Positions 1 through 10,200 of a DNA stretch of 64,000 nt are shown here, piece after piece. The DNA is from Candidatus Latescibacterota bacterium (GTDB taxonomy: Bacteria > Latescibacterota > UBA2968 > UBA8231). Within the stretch, counting starts at the first letter, position 1. Each line of letters opens with the position of its first letter. The stretch covers positions 2,688,001-2,752,000 of the forward strand of contig CBDETK010000013.1 of NCBI GenBank assembly GCA_965242865.1, given 5' to 3'. The notes beneath the pieces are model-generated. The model was not told the origin of the DNA. It did no database searches and worked only from the letters and a program-made list of their open reading frames with translations. Both the position numbers and the translations under genes were made by a program.

Positions 1-126
1 ATCTGGCGTCAGGCACATCTGGTCGAACGTCTTCATGGTCGTTTTATCCATGACGCCTGCATCATGTAGCCCTAGCGCAGTCTCGTGTACGGCCTCTAGC
101 GCGTCACTTTTATAGTGTTTACTCAT
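1..126 (-). CDS. HTH/XRE antitoxin (HigA-2/YiaG-like), runs off window edge
   Basis: Manual translation MSKHYKSDALEAVHETALGLHDAGVMDKTTMKTFDQMCLTP, typical N-terminus of this antitoxin family; GGAGG RBS upstream. Confidence 0.75.
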   Translation of the reverse strand, partial: MSKHYKSDALEAVHETALGLHDAGVMDKTTMKTFDQMCLTPD

Positions 127-217
127 TGTATATAACCTCCGTAATCGTTCCGTTTTCCACCGCCGCCGCCAGTTCCTTATCATCAAGGGCAAGCATCTCG
201 CTGGCCAACAGAATCAT
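119..217 (-). pseudogene. C-terminal remnant of RelE/HigB-like toxin
   Basis: MILLASEMLALDDKELAAAVENGTITEVIYNE*; overlaps the antitoxin start as in TA operons; in-frame stop about 15 codons upstream, so the toxin body is missing. Confidence 0.55.
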
Positions 218-327
218 ACTTCTAACTTTGTCAAGAAATGTCTTTATGTACGACTTAAAACACTAGGGCAACGCGAAATCCCAAACTGTCGTCCCAACCT
301 CCGGGCGTAAACCCTTCACCGCCATCG

Positions 328-1335
328 TCACTCCCACCCCGTTTCAACCCCCAACTCGCGGCCACACGCTGCCAGCCTTTCCAAATCGTCCAAGTCCATC
401 GGAATCCCTTCGCGGGCGTATTCCTCGCTCTTGCGGTGCTCAACGGTGCCCGGCAGGGTCGCCTCGTCGTAGCCGCGCACCGGGTCCATGGTCTCGCGGA
501 CGCCGCGCACGAGATTGTCAACGCCGGCGCGGAAGGCATCGGGCGGGGCGAACGCGCCGATGTCCATGACCATGATTAGGCCGCCATTGCCCGCACGGGG
601 CCACCGCTGGGCCACGGCCTGGGCGCGGCCGCTGTTCTGGCCGACGAAGGCACCGCCCAGCGTCAAGGCCGAGCCGGTGTAGCCCATTGACTTGAAGAAA
701 GCCGGCGGGATTAGCTCCTGTAAGGCGTCGTATTTCGGGCCGCGGTGGTAGTCGGCCAAGATGCAAGTGGCCGCGTCGAGGACCAGCGGCGGCTCTTCTT
801 TTGCGGGAAAGCCAAAGCAGATCGGCGGATTGCCCCAGTAGGCCGACTGCTGGCCGCGATTGCCGCCGCCCTCGCCGAAATAATTGGGATGGTGCCCCTG
901 AACGGAAAAGGCGCAGCAGCCCTCCTGCATGGCACGGCGCACATAGTGCCCAGCCGAGCCGTAGTGTCCGAGGTGACAGGCCGCGCCGAGAGCTACCTTG
1001 TACCGCTTGGCCTTCTCAATGGCCTTTTCGGCGGCCAGCATCATCGGCGCGTAGCCCAAGCCGCCATCGCCGTCAATGAGAACGGTGGTCTCGGTATCTT
1101 GGAGTACGCGCAGGTCGGGGCTGGGGTTGACGGTGCCATCGCGCAGGCTGCCGCAGTAGCCAACCATGGCGCGAGTGCCGTGCGAGCGCACGCCGCGCAG
1201 GTCCGAGTTGGACAGCAGCTCGGCTAGCTGGTCGGCGTGGTCGGAGCGCAGCCCGGCGGCCTTGAGACAGGCGGCGGTAAAGGAGCGCAGCGTGGCGACG
1301 GGTACGCGCTTGAATTTTGCGGGGGGGCGGTTCAT
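328..1335 (-). CDS. Ldh_2 family oxidoreductase (malate/L-lactate/ureidoglycolate dehydrogenase-like)
   Basis: DLRGVRSHG, IDGDGGLG, HYG and GNPP motifs. Confidence 0.85.
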   Translation of the reverse strand: MNRPPAKFKRVPVATLRSFTAACLKAAGLRSDHADQLAELLSNSDLRGVRSHGTRAMVGYCGSLRDGTVNPSPDLRVLQDTETTVLIDGDGGLGYAPMMLAAEKAIEKAKRYKVALGAACHLGHYGSAGHYVRRAMQEGCCAFSVQGHHPNYFGEGGGNRGQQSAYWGNPPICFGFPAKEEPPLVLDAATCILADYHRGPKYDALQELIPPAFFKSMGYTGSALTLGGAFVGQNSGRAQAVAQRWPRAGNGGLIMVMDIGAFAPPDAFRAGVDNLVRGVRETMDPVRGYDEATLPGTVEHRKSEEYAREGIPMDLDDLERLAACGRELGVETGWE

Positions 1336-1569
1336 AAAAATCTCCTTGGGGAATCAAGTTGGCTCTTGGGCGGTCGCAGCCGTTGCGAACCTTGTCGTAG
1401 AACCCTGCAACATGTATTATTTCTTCTAAACAATAACCTAAAATTCCCACCTTTCTGCGAGATGCCTCAACGCCGCTGTAAGCGAGAAAAATCGCTGCAA
1501 ACGCTTCCTCGAGGCGGTCTTGTGGATCGCGCTATCAGCACTTCACCACCGCTCTGGATCCTAATACAA

Positions 1570-3183
1570 ATGTCAATGCGACCTGCTTCATACACAAAAG
1601 TCACGCGCTGGCTACGGCAAGCGATCGTCATCGTCTGCCTACTGGCCGTTCAGGCGTTCGCGTCGGGATGTTTGCTAAAAGGCGAGGAACTCCGGCCGAA
1701 CATCGTCCTCATCTTCGTCGATGACCTCGGCTACAACGACGTCAGCTACAACGGCGCAACCGAAATCGAGACGCCCAACATCGACCGGCTGGCCGACGAG
1801 GGCATAATTTTTTCCAATGGCTACGTCGTGCATCCCACCTGCGGTCCATCCCGGGCCGGCCTGATAACCGGCCGCTACCCGGCGCGCTTCGGCATGGAGG
1901 CCAACCTCGCCTACGCGCCCTTCGACCCGGAGTACGGCCTTCCGGTGGAGGAGACGACCGTGGCCGCGTACCTCAAGGACGCGGGCTACCAGACGGGCAT
2001 CGTCGGCAAATGGCAGTTGGGTGCTGCGCCGCCCTTTAATCCGCTCAACCGCGGGTTCGACTACTTCTATGGCTTCCTCGGCGGAGAACACAACTACTTC
2101 GAGGTCGATGGTGCTCACTCTGGGCCTTCCCAAGCCATCATTAGCTACCTCCCGCTCAATGAGAATCGCAGCGCGACCGGGTTCGACGGCTACCTAACCG
2201 ATGTGCTTACGGACCACGCGATTGAATTCGTCCATGAGAACCGCGACGAACCGTTCTTCCTGTACCTCGCGTACAACGCGCCGCACACCCCCTTGCAGGC
2301 CCCCGAAAACCTCATTGAGAAGTATTCCCAGCGGATCACTTCTAAAGTGCATAGCCTGCTGGACAAACAGCAGACCCCGGACGGTCTCAGTGACCAAAGG
2401 CGCCGCACCTACTTGGCCATGGTTAGCTCGTTGGACCAGAACATCGGGCGGGTGCTGGACGTCCTCGCGAAAACCGGAGAACGCGACAATACCCTGATCT
2501 TCTTCCTCAGCGACAACGGCGGCGTTTACCCGAAGGACGACGAGGACCGGCACACTTGGGCGGACAACTCCCCGTTCAGCAGGGGCAAAAACAGCTTCCG
2601 CGAAGGCGGGGTACGGGTGCCCTTTGTGGCCTCATGGCCGGCTCGGTGGCCGCAGGGTGAAACCTTTGAGCCGATGGTTAGCAGCCTCGACATCGCCGCG
2701 ACGGCAATGGCCTTGGTCGGCTCAGAGGCCGACGCCAGTCGCCCGCTGGACGGGGTCAACCTCGACCCATTCCTCCGCGGCGAGACCGCCGGTTCCCCGC
2801 ACAAAGCCCTCTTCTGGCGGCGGGCAAACGAGGTGCCGCACAATACGCTGTTCGCGGTCCGCACCGGCCGCGCAAAGCTCATCAGGGACAGCGAGGGGGG
2901 CGAAGTCCAGCTTTTCGATTTGGAACGCGACCCAAGCGAGGCGCGCAATCGGATTGATGGCGACCCCGAAACAGCGGCCCGCCTCGCCGCGCTGTGGAAC
3001 GCTTGGAACCGGGAAAATGTCAGTCTTAACATCTATCCGGGCCAGATGCACTACGACGGGACCCGCGCCAAGTCCGTTCGGAAGTTGGCCGAAGATTTTA
3101 ACGTAAGGGGAGCGGAAACGCCGCCATTCCAAATCGGGGAAGGTCCGATCCCGAGCCAGTCTGAGGAATCTGCGGCTCAGTAA
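1570..3183 (+). CDS. Cys-type (formylglycine) sulfatase, exported
   Basis: PNIVLIFVDDLGY, CGPSRAGLITGRY, GKWQLG, YNAPH, SDNG; signal-like N-terminus; start moved from 1237 to ATG 1570. Confidence 0.92.
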   Translation: MSMRPASYTKVTRWLRQAIVIVCLLAVQAFASGCLLKGEELRPNIVLIFVDDLGYNDVSYNGATEIETPNIDRLADEGIIFSNGYVVHPTCGPSRAGLITGRYPARFGMEANLAYAPFDPEYGLPVEETTVAAYLKDAGYQTGIVGKWQLGAAPPFNPLNRGFDYFYGFLGGEHNYFEVDGAHSGPSQAIISYLPLNENRSATGFDGYLTDVLTDHAIEFVHENRDEPFFLYLAYNAPHTPLQAPENLIEKYSQRITSKVHSLLDKQQTPDGLSDQRRRTYLAMVSSLDQNIGRVLDVLAKTGERDNTLIFFLSDNGGVYPKDDEDRHTWADNSPFSRGKNSFREGGVRVPFVASWPARWPQGETFEPMVSSLDIAATAMALVGSEADASRPLDGVNLDPFLRGETAGSPHKALFWRRANEVPHNTLFAVRTGRAKLIRDSEGGEVQLFDLERDPSEARNRIDGDPETAARLAALWNAWNRENVSLNIYPGQMHYDGTRAKSVRKLAEDFNVRGAETPPFQIGEGPIPSQSEESAAQ

Positions 3184-3201
3184 CGGCCGTTCTGCATCGT
3201 C

Positions 3202-4446
3202 TTAACCCATCCCACTCATCACAAATTCTCCAACCACCTGCACCCTCACTAAGTCGCCGGCCTCGGCGCGCTGATGGGGTTCGAGGACGACGAAGCTGTT
3301 GGCGTTGAGCATGGAGCTGATTATGTGCGAGCCTTGGCTGCGGGCGGGGCGCACCCAGAATTGGCCGTCTTGGTAGCGCAAGGTAGCGCGCAGGTACTGG
3401 CGGCGGTCGCCGTCGTTGGCGCAGGGGCTTTCCACCCGGGCGGACGCCTCGGGCAAAAACCACGCCGATTGCGGATAGCCGGCGGCCTTGCGGATGGCGG
3501 GCCGCACGAACTGGAGAAAGGACATCATGCTCGATACCGGGTTGCCGGGTAGGCCGAAATAGGGCACGCCGCCGACTGTGCAAAAGACCAGCGGCTTGCC
3601 CGGCTTCATGGCCACGCGCCAGAAGATCGTTTCGCTCCCCAAGTCGTCGAGGACCTTTTTGACAAAGTCGTATTCGCCGACCGAGACCCCGCCCGAGGAA
3701 ACGGCAAAGTCAGCGCGGATCGCGGCCTCAATGGTGGCGCGGATCGCGGCCTCGTCGTCCGGCACGGTGGGCAGCATGATGGGTTCGGCCCCGTGGGCGC
3801 GGCAGAAGGCCGCTAGAGCGCACGTATTGCTGTTGACGATCTGGCCTGCTCCGGGGGTCTCCTCAATTTCGACCAACTCGTCGCCGGTGGAGAGGATGGC
3901 GACGCACGGCCGGCGGTACACGGAGACGAAGCTCTGCTGCACGGCGGCGAGCACGACCAGTTCGCCCGGGCCGCACTCGGTCCCGGCCTTGATGATCGGC
4001 TCGCCGCAGCGCATGTCCTCGCCGCGCCGGCGAATGTGTGCGCCGCGCTCTTCAACGGCGCAGATTTCGACCTCTTGCCCGGCGGGGCGGGTGTCCTCTA
4101 CCGGGACGATGGCGTCGGCACCGACTGGCACGGCCGCGCCCGTCATAATGCGGCTAGCTTGACCGGGGCCAACCGTTTTCTGCGGCACTTTGCCGGCCGG
4201 GATGTCTTCAATGACCGCCAAGGCTATGGCCGCAGCGTCCGTCGCGGCGGCTACGTCCGCGTGACGCACGGCATAGCCGTCCATAGCCGAATTGTCGCAG
4301 GGTGGATTGTCGCGCCGCGCCAACACGTCTTGGGCGAGCACGCGGCCGGTAGCGTCGAGCAGCGCAACGCGCTCAGGGCCGAGGACTTTCACGTGTTCGA
4401 GGACGATGGCACGGGCTTCTTCCGGGGTGAGCATTGGGTTGGGCAT
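3202..4446 (-). CDS. moeA: Molybdopterin molybdotransferase
   Basis: SAMDGYA, RIMTGA, STGDEL, SSGGVSVG, MKPGKP, GLPGNP. Confidence 0.95.
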   Translation of the reverse strand: MPNPMLTPEEARAIVLEHVKVLGPERVALLDATGRVLAQDVLARRDNPPCDNSAMDGYAVRHADVAAATDAAAIALAVIEDIPAGKVPQKTVGPGQASRIMTGAAVPVGADAIVPVEDTRPAGQEVEICAVEERGAHIRRRGEDMRCGEPIIKAGTECGPGELVVLAAVQQSFVSVYRRPCVAILSTGDELVEIEETPGAGQIVNSNTCALAAFCRAHGAEPIMLPTVPDDEAAIRATIEAAIRADFAVSSGGVSVGEYDFVKKVLDDLGSETIFWRVAMKPGKPLVFCTVGGVPYFGLPGNPVSSMMSFLQFVRPAIRKAAGYPQSAWFLPEASARVESPCANDGDRRQYLRATLRYQDGQFWVRPARSQGSHIISSMLNANSFVVLEPHQRAEAGDLVRVQVVGEFVMSGMG

Positions 4447-4490
4447 ATCGGGTATCTATGACTCCTTATGGCAGAACGGGCGAGACGCGA

Positions 4491-5420
4491 TTAACGGGTT
4501 CCGGCTGCAAGCAGCGATTTGACCTGTCCCCACGACTCGGACTCGACGCTCGTAGCAGCAGCGGAAGGGGAAATCGGCTGCCAAACGGGACTGCGTCCGC
4601 CCAAGCCGTTGGTCAATTCGACTAAGTTGCTCCCGTCTAGATCAACGGCCCAAATAAGAGCAGTGAGAGAAGCGAAAGCCATTCTCATGCTATCGGGCGA
4701 CCAAGTAGGACGAGTACTCCAGTTGTTATCGCTCACACATCCATAGGATTCCCCACAAGTGGACGGCTGAGGGATGCCAAGAAGGGGGATAACCGAGAGC
4801 TCGACTCCACTGATAGGCCGGAGGAAAATCGAGTGCTCATCTTCCCTAGCATCGCTGATATAGAGACGAACGATGCTATCTTCGTGCCCTTTTTCCCGCA
4901 ACGAGATGAGTGCTTCTTTGGTCCCGTCCGGGGAACGACTAGAGTGGTAGTGTGCCGCTCGCGAGTCCACGGGCGACGGACCGCTTCCGTCCAGTGCCAT
5001 GACAAACGAATCAATACTGTACCCATCACCATCGTCTCTAGGCACCCCTAGGATGTCGTAGTAAATGCTACTCCCGTCTTCAGACCATGAAAGACGTAAT
5101 CTATCGACGGAATCGTCCGTTAGCTGCTGTTGATTGCCGCCATCGGCATCCATCAACCAGATTTCCCCACCGTACTGACCGTCGTCAAAAACGTCGCCGA
5201 TGTACGCGATCTTCGCGCCATCCGGGGACCAAGCCGGGCTGGCGCAATCCCGTCCTTGGGTCAGGTTTACGGGGTCGCTCCCGTCCGCGTCCATAATCCA
5301 CACGTCCTCGTGCCCTTCGCGGTCGGAGATAAACGCTATTTTGCCGTCGGCTTGTCCCCAGCCAGCGGCGGCCAGCCCCAGCGTGGCCAAGCAGACGATA
5401 AACGTGAATCGATAGCTCAT
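4491..5420 (-). CDS. TolB-like PD40 beta-propeller protein with C-terminal TSVESESWGQVK tail
   Basis: KIAFISDREG, PAWSPDG and PTWSPD repeats; signal peptide from ATG 5420. Confidence 0.8.
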   Translation of the reverse strand: MSYRFTFIVCLATLGLAAAGWGQADGKIAFISDREGHEDVWIMDADGSDPVNLTQGRDCASPAWSPDGAKIAYIGDVFDDGQYGGEIWLMDADGGNQQQLTDDSVDRLRLSWSEDGSSIYYDILGVPRDDGDGYSIDSFVMALDGSGPSPVDSRAAHYHSSRSPDGTKEALISLREKGHEDSIVRLYISDAREDEHSIFLRPISGVELSVIPLLGIPQPSTCGESYGCVSDNNWSTRPTWSPDSMRMAFASLTALIWAVDLDGSNLVELTNGLGGRSPVWQPISPSAAATSVESESWGQVKSLLAAGTR

Positions 5421-5520
5421 AACGCGGCTCCTTTCACAAGGTCCTAAATAGACCGGGCGTTGTAGGGTACATGTCAGACCCCCAGTAGAGCACATCGGTT
5501 CCTCCTGCCTCGGCGGTGCG

Positions 5521-6333
5521 CTAGACAAAGTTGACGAAATCGTGGCGCACCCACAGCAAGTTGATCAGCCCCAGCACAAACCCCGCAATCACCAGCCACT
5601 TGAGGCGGCGACCGTGCCGACGATCAATGCCGCGCAAGTAGAGGTAGATGCCAAAGACGAACCACGTCGGCAGGGCCAGCCAGATTTTGGCATCCCGGCC
5701 CGCGAGGTATTCGCCCGGCGCGCCAAAGAGCCAAATCGCGCCCATGCCCAAGCCCAAGGTAAAGAGCGAAAAGCCCCCACCGGCAAAGCGAAAGGTCGCC
5801 GTGGCCGCTGTGTCGAGCGCGGGCAAATAGCTGTTGAGCCGGCCCTTTTTCAGGGCTTGGTGTTGGACGAGGTAGCCGACCGCAGCGCAAAACGCCAGCG
5901 CGAAGCCCACGTGCCCGAGCAGGGTTAGCACCACGTGGATGCCGAGGAAGGGGTACTCCACGAGGATCGACTCGGCCTGCTCAAAGCGAATGGGCAGCAG
6001 CAGCGGATAGAGCAAGCCGAGAAAGGCGAGGGGCGCGGTCAGCAGCCCGAGGTGGCGAATGCGCGCATAGCGCTCGCCGAGCAGGCCGGCAACCACCAAG
6101 GCCATGACCAGCGAGGCGATGATCACCAACATATTGGCGAAGAGGGCTTGGCCAGAAAGCGCGAAGTGCAGCACGATGCTGACGGCGTGGACGGCCAATC
6201 CCAACTTGAGGCTCTTGCGCCCCAGCGCGTCCCAGTCGCTTTTGTGCCAGAGGAAGTGTCCTTGAAACAGCAGCGCGGCCGCCAAGTAAAACGCCAAGGC
6301 CGCGCCGAGAGAGACAATGCAAAACGTCGTCAC
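5521..6333 (-). CDS. Cytochrome c assembly protein (CcsA/HemX-like)
   Basis: Multi-TM protein with conserved His (GIHV) and GMGAIW...DAK segment; coupled to hemA. Confidence 0.8.
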   Translation of the reverse strand: MTTFCIVSLGAALAFYLAAALLFQGHFLWHKSDWDALGRKSLKLGLAVHAVSIVLHFALSGQALFANMLVIIASLVMALVVAGLLGERYARIRHLGLLTAPLAFLGLLYPLLLPIRFEQAESILVEYPFLGIHVVLTLLGHVGFALAFCAAVGYLVQHQALKKGRLNSYLPALDTAATATFRFAGGGFSLFTLGLGMGAIWLFGAPGEYLAGRDAKIWLALPTWFVFGIYLYLRGIDRRHGRRLKWLVIAGFVLGLINLLWVRHDFVNFV

Positions 6334-7613
6334 GCCTTTTCCTCCTCGGCCTCGGGATCGAGCCGGAAGAGGCGACGCACCGTATCGAGGCGGACATAGC
6401 CCTCGTCGTCGTTGGCAAACTCGCGGATTTGCACGAGCGGATCGTGCAGGAGCTTGTTGGTGTACCCGCGCAAGATGCGCTCAACGAGCTGGCGGTCGGC
6501 CGCGGACAGCGGGCCGAGTTGGGCGGCCCACCGGGCGAGTTCCTGCTCTTGCAGCCGAGCGGCGCGCTGGTGCAAGGCTCGGATTAGCGGCCCTGTGCCC
6601 AAGGCGTTGAACCAATGCAAAAACCCCTTGAGCTCGTGGTCGATAATGGCTTGTACGCAGCGGATCGCTCCCTCGCGCTCTTGGCGGTTGGCCGCAACGA
6701 CTTGCTCTAGATTGTCCACGTCGAACAGGAAGACGTTGTCGATGGTGCGCACGGCCGGGTCGATGTCGCGCGGCACGGCAATGTCGATGAGGAACAGGGG
6801 CTGTCCGCGGCGTTGCGCCATGGCCCGGCGCAAGTCCGCGGGCCGGATGACGTAGCCCGTCGCCGCGGTCGCCGAGATGACGATGTCCACGCCCGCGAGC
6901 CGAGCGGCTAGCTCCGCAAAGGGCACGGCCTCGCCGCCCAAGCGGCCGGCCAGCGACTGGGCGCGGGCCACCGTGCGGCTGCTGACCAACAGCCGCTCGA
7001 CGCCGGCGTCGAGCAAGTACTGGGCCGTGAGCGCGCCCATCTCGCCCGCGCCGACCAAGAGGGCGCAGCAGCCCGTTAGGTTTTCAAAGACTTGGCCAGC
7101 CAGCTCGACCGCGGCCGTGCCAATCGACAGCCGGCCGCGGCCAATCTCGGTTTCGGCGCGGGCGCGCTTGCCCACGCGCAACGAGCGCTGAAAAAGCTCG
7201 TTGAGCAACAGCCGCGCCGCGCCGTTTTGCTGGGCGGTCGCCAGCGCTTGACGCACTTGGCCGAGAATCTGCGACTCGCCGACGACGAGGGAGTCAATGC
7301 CGCTGGCAACGCGAAAAAGGTGAATGGCCGCGTCTGAGTCGTTGAGCTGGTAGAAATGCGCTTCGAGCGCCGCGACATCTACGCCTCGACACTCGGCGAG
7401 AAAGCGGCGCACCTGCGCCAGCCCGCTCGCGCCATCGGCTGCCAAGTACAGCTCAGAGCGGTTGCAGGTGGAGAGAATGGCCGCCTCGTGCAGCCCGTAG
7501 TCCCCGACGAGCCGGGCTAGGGCCGAGGGCTGGTCGCTGGCGGGGAAGGCCAGCCGCTCGCGGATTTCCACCGGCGCGGTGCGGTGATTGATTCCCAACG
7601 TTAGTATATGCAC
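6330..7613 (-). CDS. hemA: Glutamyl-tRNA reductase
   Basis: GINHRTAPVEIRE, STCNRSE, GIDSLVVGESQILGQV, GAGEMG, DIAVPRD. Confidence 0.97.
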   Translation of the reverse strand: MHILTLGINHRTAPVEIRERLAFPASDQPSALARLVGDYGLHEAAILSTCNRSELYLAADGASGLAQVRRFLAECRGVDVAALEAHFYQLNDSDAAIHLFRVASGIDSLVVGESQILGQVRQALATAQQNGAARLLLNELFQRSLRVGKRARAETEIGRGRLSIGTAAVELAGQVFENLTGCCALLVGAGEMGALTAQYLLDAGVERLLVSSRTVARAQSLAGRLGGEAVPFAELAARLAGVDIVISATAATGYVIRPADLRRAMAQRRGQPLFLIDIAVPRDIDPAVRTIDNVFLFDVDNLEQVVAANRQEREGAIRCVQAIIDHELKGFLHWFNALGTGPLIRALHQRAARLQEQELARWAAQLGPLSAADRQLVERILRGYTNKLLHDPLVQIREFANDDEGYVRLDTVRRLFRLDPEAEEEKA

Positions 7614-7669
7614 AACCTCAAAAGTACTTATTTACCATCTATGAGGAAACACGCAAAAGGAAGGCGGCC

Positions 7670-8533
7670 ATGGTCAAACACCTGCTGGTCGGTTTAGCAC
7701 TCTTAGGCGCGGCCGCCGATGCGGGGGCCGGCGCGTGGACTTTGCCGCAAGGCCAGTTCTGGGGCAAGCTCACGTATTTCCAGCAGCGCACGCAGGAGTG
7801 GTACGTCGGCAAGGGCCGCTTTGGCGCGCCCGGGACCCGCGCCCGCTACGACCTAGACGGGCAGTACGAATCGCGGGCCATCTTTTTCGAGGGCCTATAC
7901 GGCGTCACCGACCGCCTCGACCTCGGCTTGCAGGTTCCTTATTTCGACCAATCCTTTGCCAACGCCGCGTTTGCCAAACCCCGCACGGCTACCGGCCTAA
8001 GCGACCTCCGCGCCTTAGTCAAATTTCGCCTCTTGGCCAAGCCCTTGGTCCTCGCGCTCAAGGCCGGCGTCAAGATGCCGACCGGCGCGTTCAAAAACGA
8101 AGACGGGCTGATCCCGGTGGGCGAAGGACAGTGGGATTTCGACTTGGTCGGGCAGGTGGGGCGCTCCTTTTGGCCGCGGCCCTTGTACGGCAACCTCGAC
8201 CTCGGCTATCGCGTCCGCACCCGCAACGAGCGCATCGACCGCGACCCCGGCGACGAGTGGTTCCTCAACGCCGAGTTGGGCTACCAACTCGCCCGGCCGC
8301 TCATGCTGCTGGGCAAGTGCGAGGTGCTCCGCAGCCGGCCGGCCGTAGTCTTTGGCGGGATTGAAGCCGAGATCAAGCGCATCGCGTACCTGACGCCGGC
8401 CCTGCTCTACGCCGTCGGCCAGCGCACGGTGATCGAGGCGGCCGTGCGCTTCTCGCTGCACGGGCGCAATTTTCCGGCCGGTCGGCAGCTCGTCTTGGGG
8501 TTGGCGACGACGCTGGGAAAAGGCCGGGGCTAG
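7670..8533 (+). CDS. Putative outer-membrane beta-barrel protein
   Basis: Signal peptide, alternating aromatic/hydrophobic strands, GLSD...K.PTG motif. Confidence 0.6.
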   Translation: MVKHLLVGLALLGAAADAGAGAWTLPQGQFWGKLTYFQQRTQEWYVGKGRFGAPGTRARYDLDGQYESRAIFFEGLYGVTDRLDLGLQVPYFDQSFANAAFAKPRTATGLSDLRALVKFRLLAKPLVLALKAGVKMPTGAFKNEDGLIPVGEGQWDFDLVGQVGRSFWPRPLYGNLDLGYRVRTRNERIDRDPGDEWFLNAELGYQLARPLMLLGKCEVLRSRPAVVFGGIEAEIKRIAYLTPALLYAVGQRTVIEAAVRFSLHGRNFPAGRQLVLGLATTLGKGRG

Positions 8534-10200
8534 CGGCGCAGCTTGGCCAAGCGCTGTTGGATGGCCGTGGCCATGGCGGGCCGCTGGCGCACGACCGCGT
8601 CAAAGTGGGGCTTGGCCTCGGCCGAGCGGCCCAGCATCTCCAGCACCAATCCCAAGTTGAAGTGGGCCTCGGCAAAATCGGGGTTGCTCTGCAAGGCCCG
8701 TTCAAAGTGGACGACGGCGCGCTCCCATTGGCGGCCTTGGGCCAGTGCAATGCCAAAGTTCACGTGCGCCTCCGGGTACTCCGGGTTGTATGCCAGTGCC
8801 CGCTCAAAATGCGCCAGTGCCGATGGACGCTGGCCGGAGCGCATGTAGAACATGGCCAAGGTGTGGTGGGTATCCCAGTCTCGGGGATCGGCTTCGAGCA
8901 GCTTTTCGTAGCCGTCGATTTCCTGCTCCAGCCACTTGCGGTAGAAGTCGCGGCGGAGCCGCTCTAGATCTTCGGGGCGGCGCGGCAAAAGCTGCAGCGT
9001 TAGGTCGCCCATCTCGTCAGTTGAGTGCAGCCCATAGCGCACTCGCACGGGGGGGGCGTGGGGTTGGCGGGGGTTTTGCGCGGAATTGTCGTACGCGTAT
9101 TCCATGACCAGCGTCGAGCCAGCCGGCAAAAAGACCGGCGGAGAAAATCGGTAGTCGTCCTGCCAGCTAAAGTCCCAGTCCTCAATCCATATAAGCCACT
9201 CCCGCTCTTGGTTGGGCAGCTCGGCGTACGCTTGGATTTCCCGGCCGAGATAATGGGCGTGCGGGTAGATGGTCAGGACCTCGACGTCCACGGGCAGCCG
9301 GTACGAATCGCGGATCCAATAGTCGTGCGCACCAGCCGGTATATCTAGGTCCTTGCGGCCCAAGCGCAGCATGGCCGGGCGTCTCTTCGGCGGCCCAGCG
9401 GCAAAGAACAAGCCGACGCGCGCCTCAATGGACTCCTCCTTGCCGGTCGGCAACAGGTGCAACTGCAGCAGCAAATCCGTGCCCGGATCGAGCCGCCAAG
9501 CCAAGCTGTCGCTGCCCGGGTAGGGGGTCTTGCCCTGGGTCCAGCCGAGAAAGTGCCCGTCGGCGTCCTCGGCCTCGCCAAAGCTCATGCCGTCAAAGCC
9601 CGGGACGCCATCGCGCCCGTCGCGCCGCCGCGCCGCGCCGCTGCGGTCGATCATCATGGTGGCGTGGTGGACGATGCGCGCATTGCCCGGCCTAAACTCT
9701 AGGGCCTTGACGTAGCGAGTGGAGTCAACGGGCAGAGGGATGGCAAAGTTGCGAAAGACGTCTGGGCCGTCGGCCCGCAGGGTGTAGGCCGAGGGCATGG
9801 CGGCGATCAAATCGGGCTGGCCCAGCTCCCACTCGCCCTCCCACTGGGGCTGCGGAGGCCGGTCGGCCAAATGGCCCTCCTGCTTGCCGTGGTCAACCCA
9901 GCGGCGGATCGCGGCAATCTGCTCGGCGCTCAACCCGCGCTCGTCAGCAAAGCGACCATAGCCGCGCTTGGGCTTCCACGGCGGCATGTAGCGGCTCTCG
10001 GTGACAACGGCGATTTGCTCGGCGCGGGCGCGTACATCCGCATAGCCGAGCAAGTCAAAGGGGGCCGGCCCGGCCGGCCGGTGGCAGGGGGCGCAGTGCT
10101 GAAAGACTATTGGCGCAATGTCGCGGTTGAAGGTCGGGATTTCCTCGCCGCCACTGCATCCCAAACAGGCCAAGAACAGCCAAGAGCGCGAGCGCGTCAT
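8530..10200 (-). CDS. Lipoprotein: heme-c domain + Cu type II (PHM/DBM-like) monooxygenase domains + TPR repeats
   Basis: Lipobox-like Cys; CAPCH...MPP; VHH, LQLH, PHAH, DEMG copper-ligand pattern; C-terminal TPRs. Confidence 0.75.
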   Translation of the reverse strand: MTRSRSWLFLACLGCSGGEEIPTFNRDIAPIVFQHCAPCHRPAGPAPFDLLGYADVRARAEQIAVVTESRYMPPWKPKRGYGRFADERGLSAEQIAAIRRWVDHGKQEGHLADRPPQPQWEGEWELGQPDLIAAMPSAYTLRADGPDVFRNFAIPLPVDSTRYVKALEFRPGNARIVHHATMMIDRSGAARRRDGRDGVPGFDGMSFGEAEDADGHFLGWTQGKTPYPGSDSLAWRLDPGTDLLLQLHLLPTGKEESIEARVGLFFAAGPPKRRPAMLRLGRKDLDIPAGAHDYWIRDSYRLPVDVEVLTIYPHAHYLGREIQAYAELPNQEREWLIWIEDWDFSWQDDYRFSPPVFLPAGSTLVMEYAYDNSAQNPRQPHAPPVRVRYGLHSTDEMGDLTLQLLPRRPEDLERLRRDFYRKWLEQEIDGYEKLLEADPRDWDTHHTLAMFYMRSGQRPSALAHFERALAYNPEYPEAHVNFGIALAQGRQWERAVVHFERALQSNPDFAEAHFNLGLVLEMLGRSAEAKPHFDAVVRQRPAMATAIQQRLAKLRR

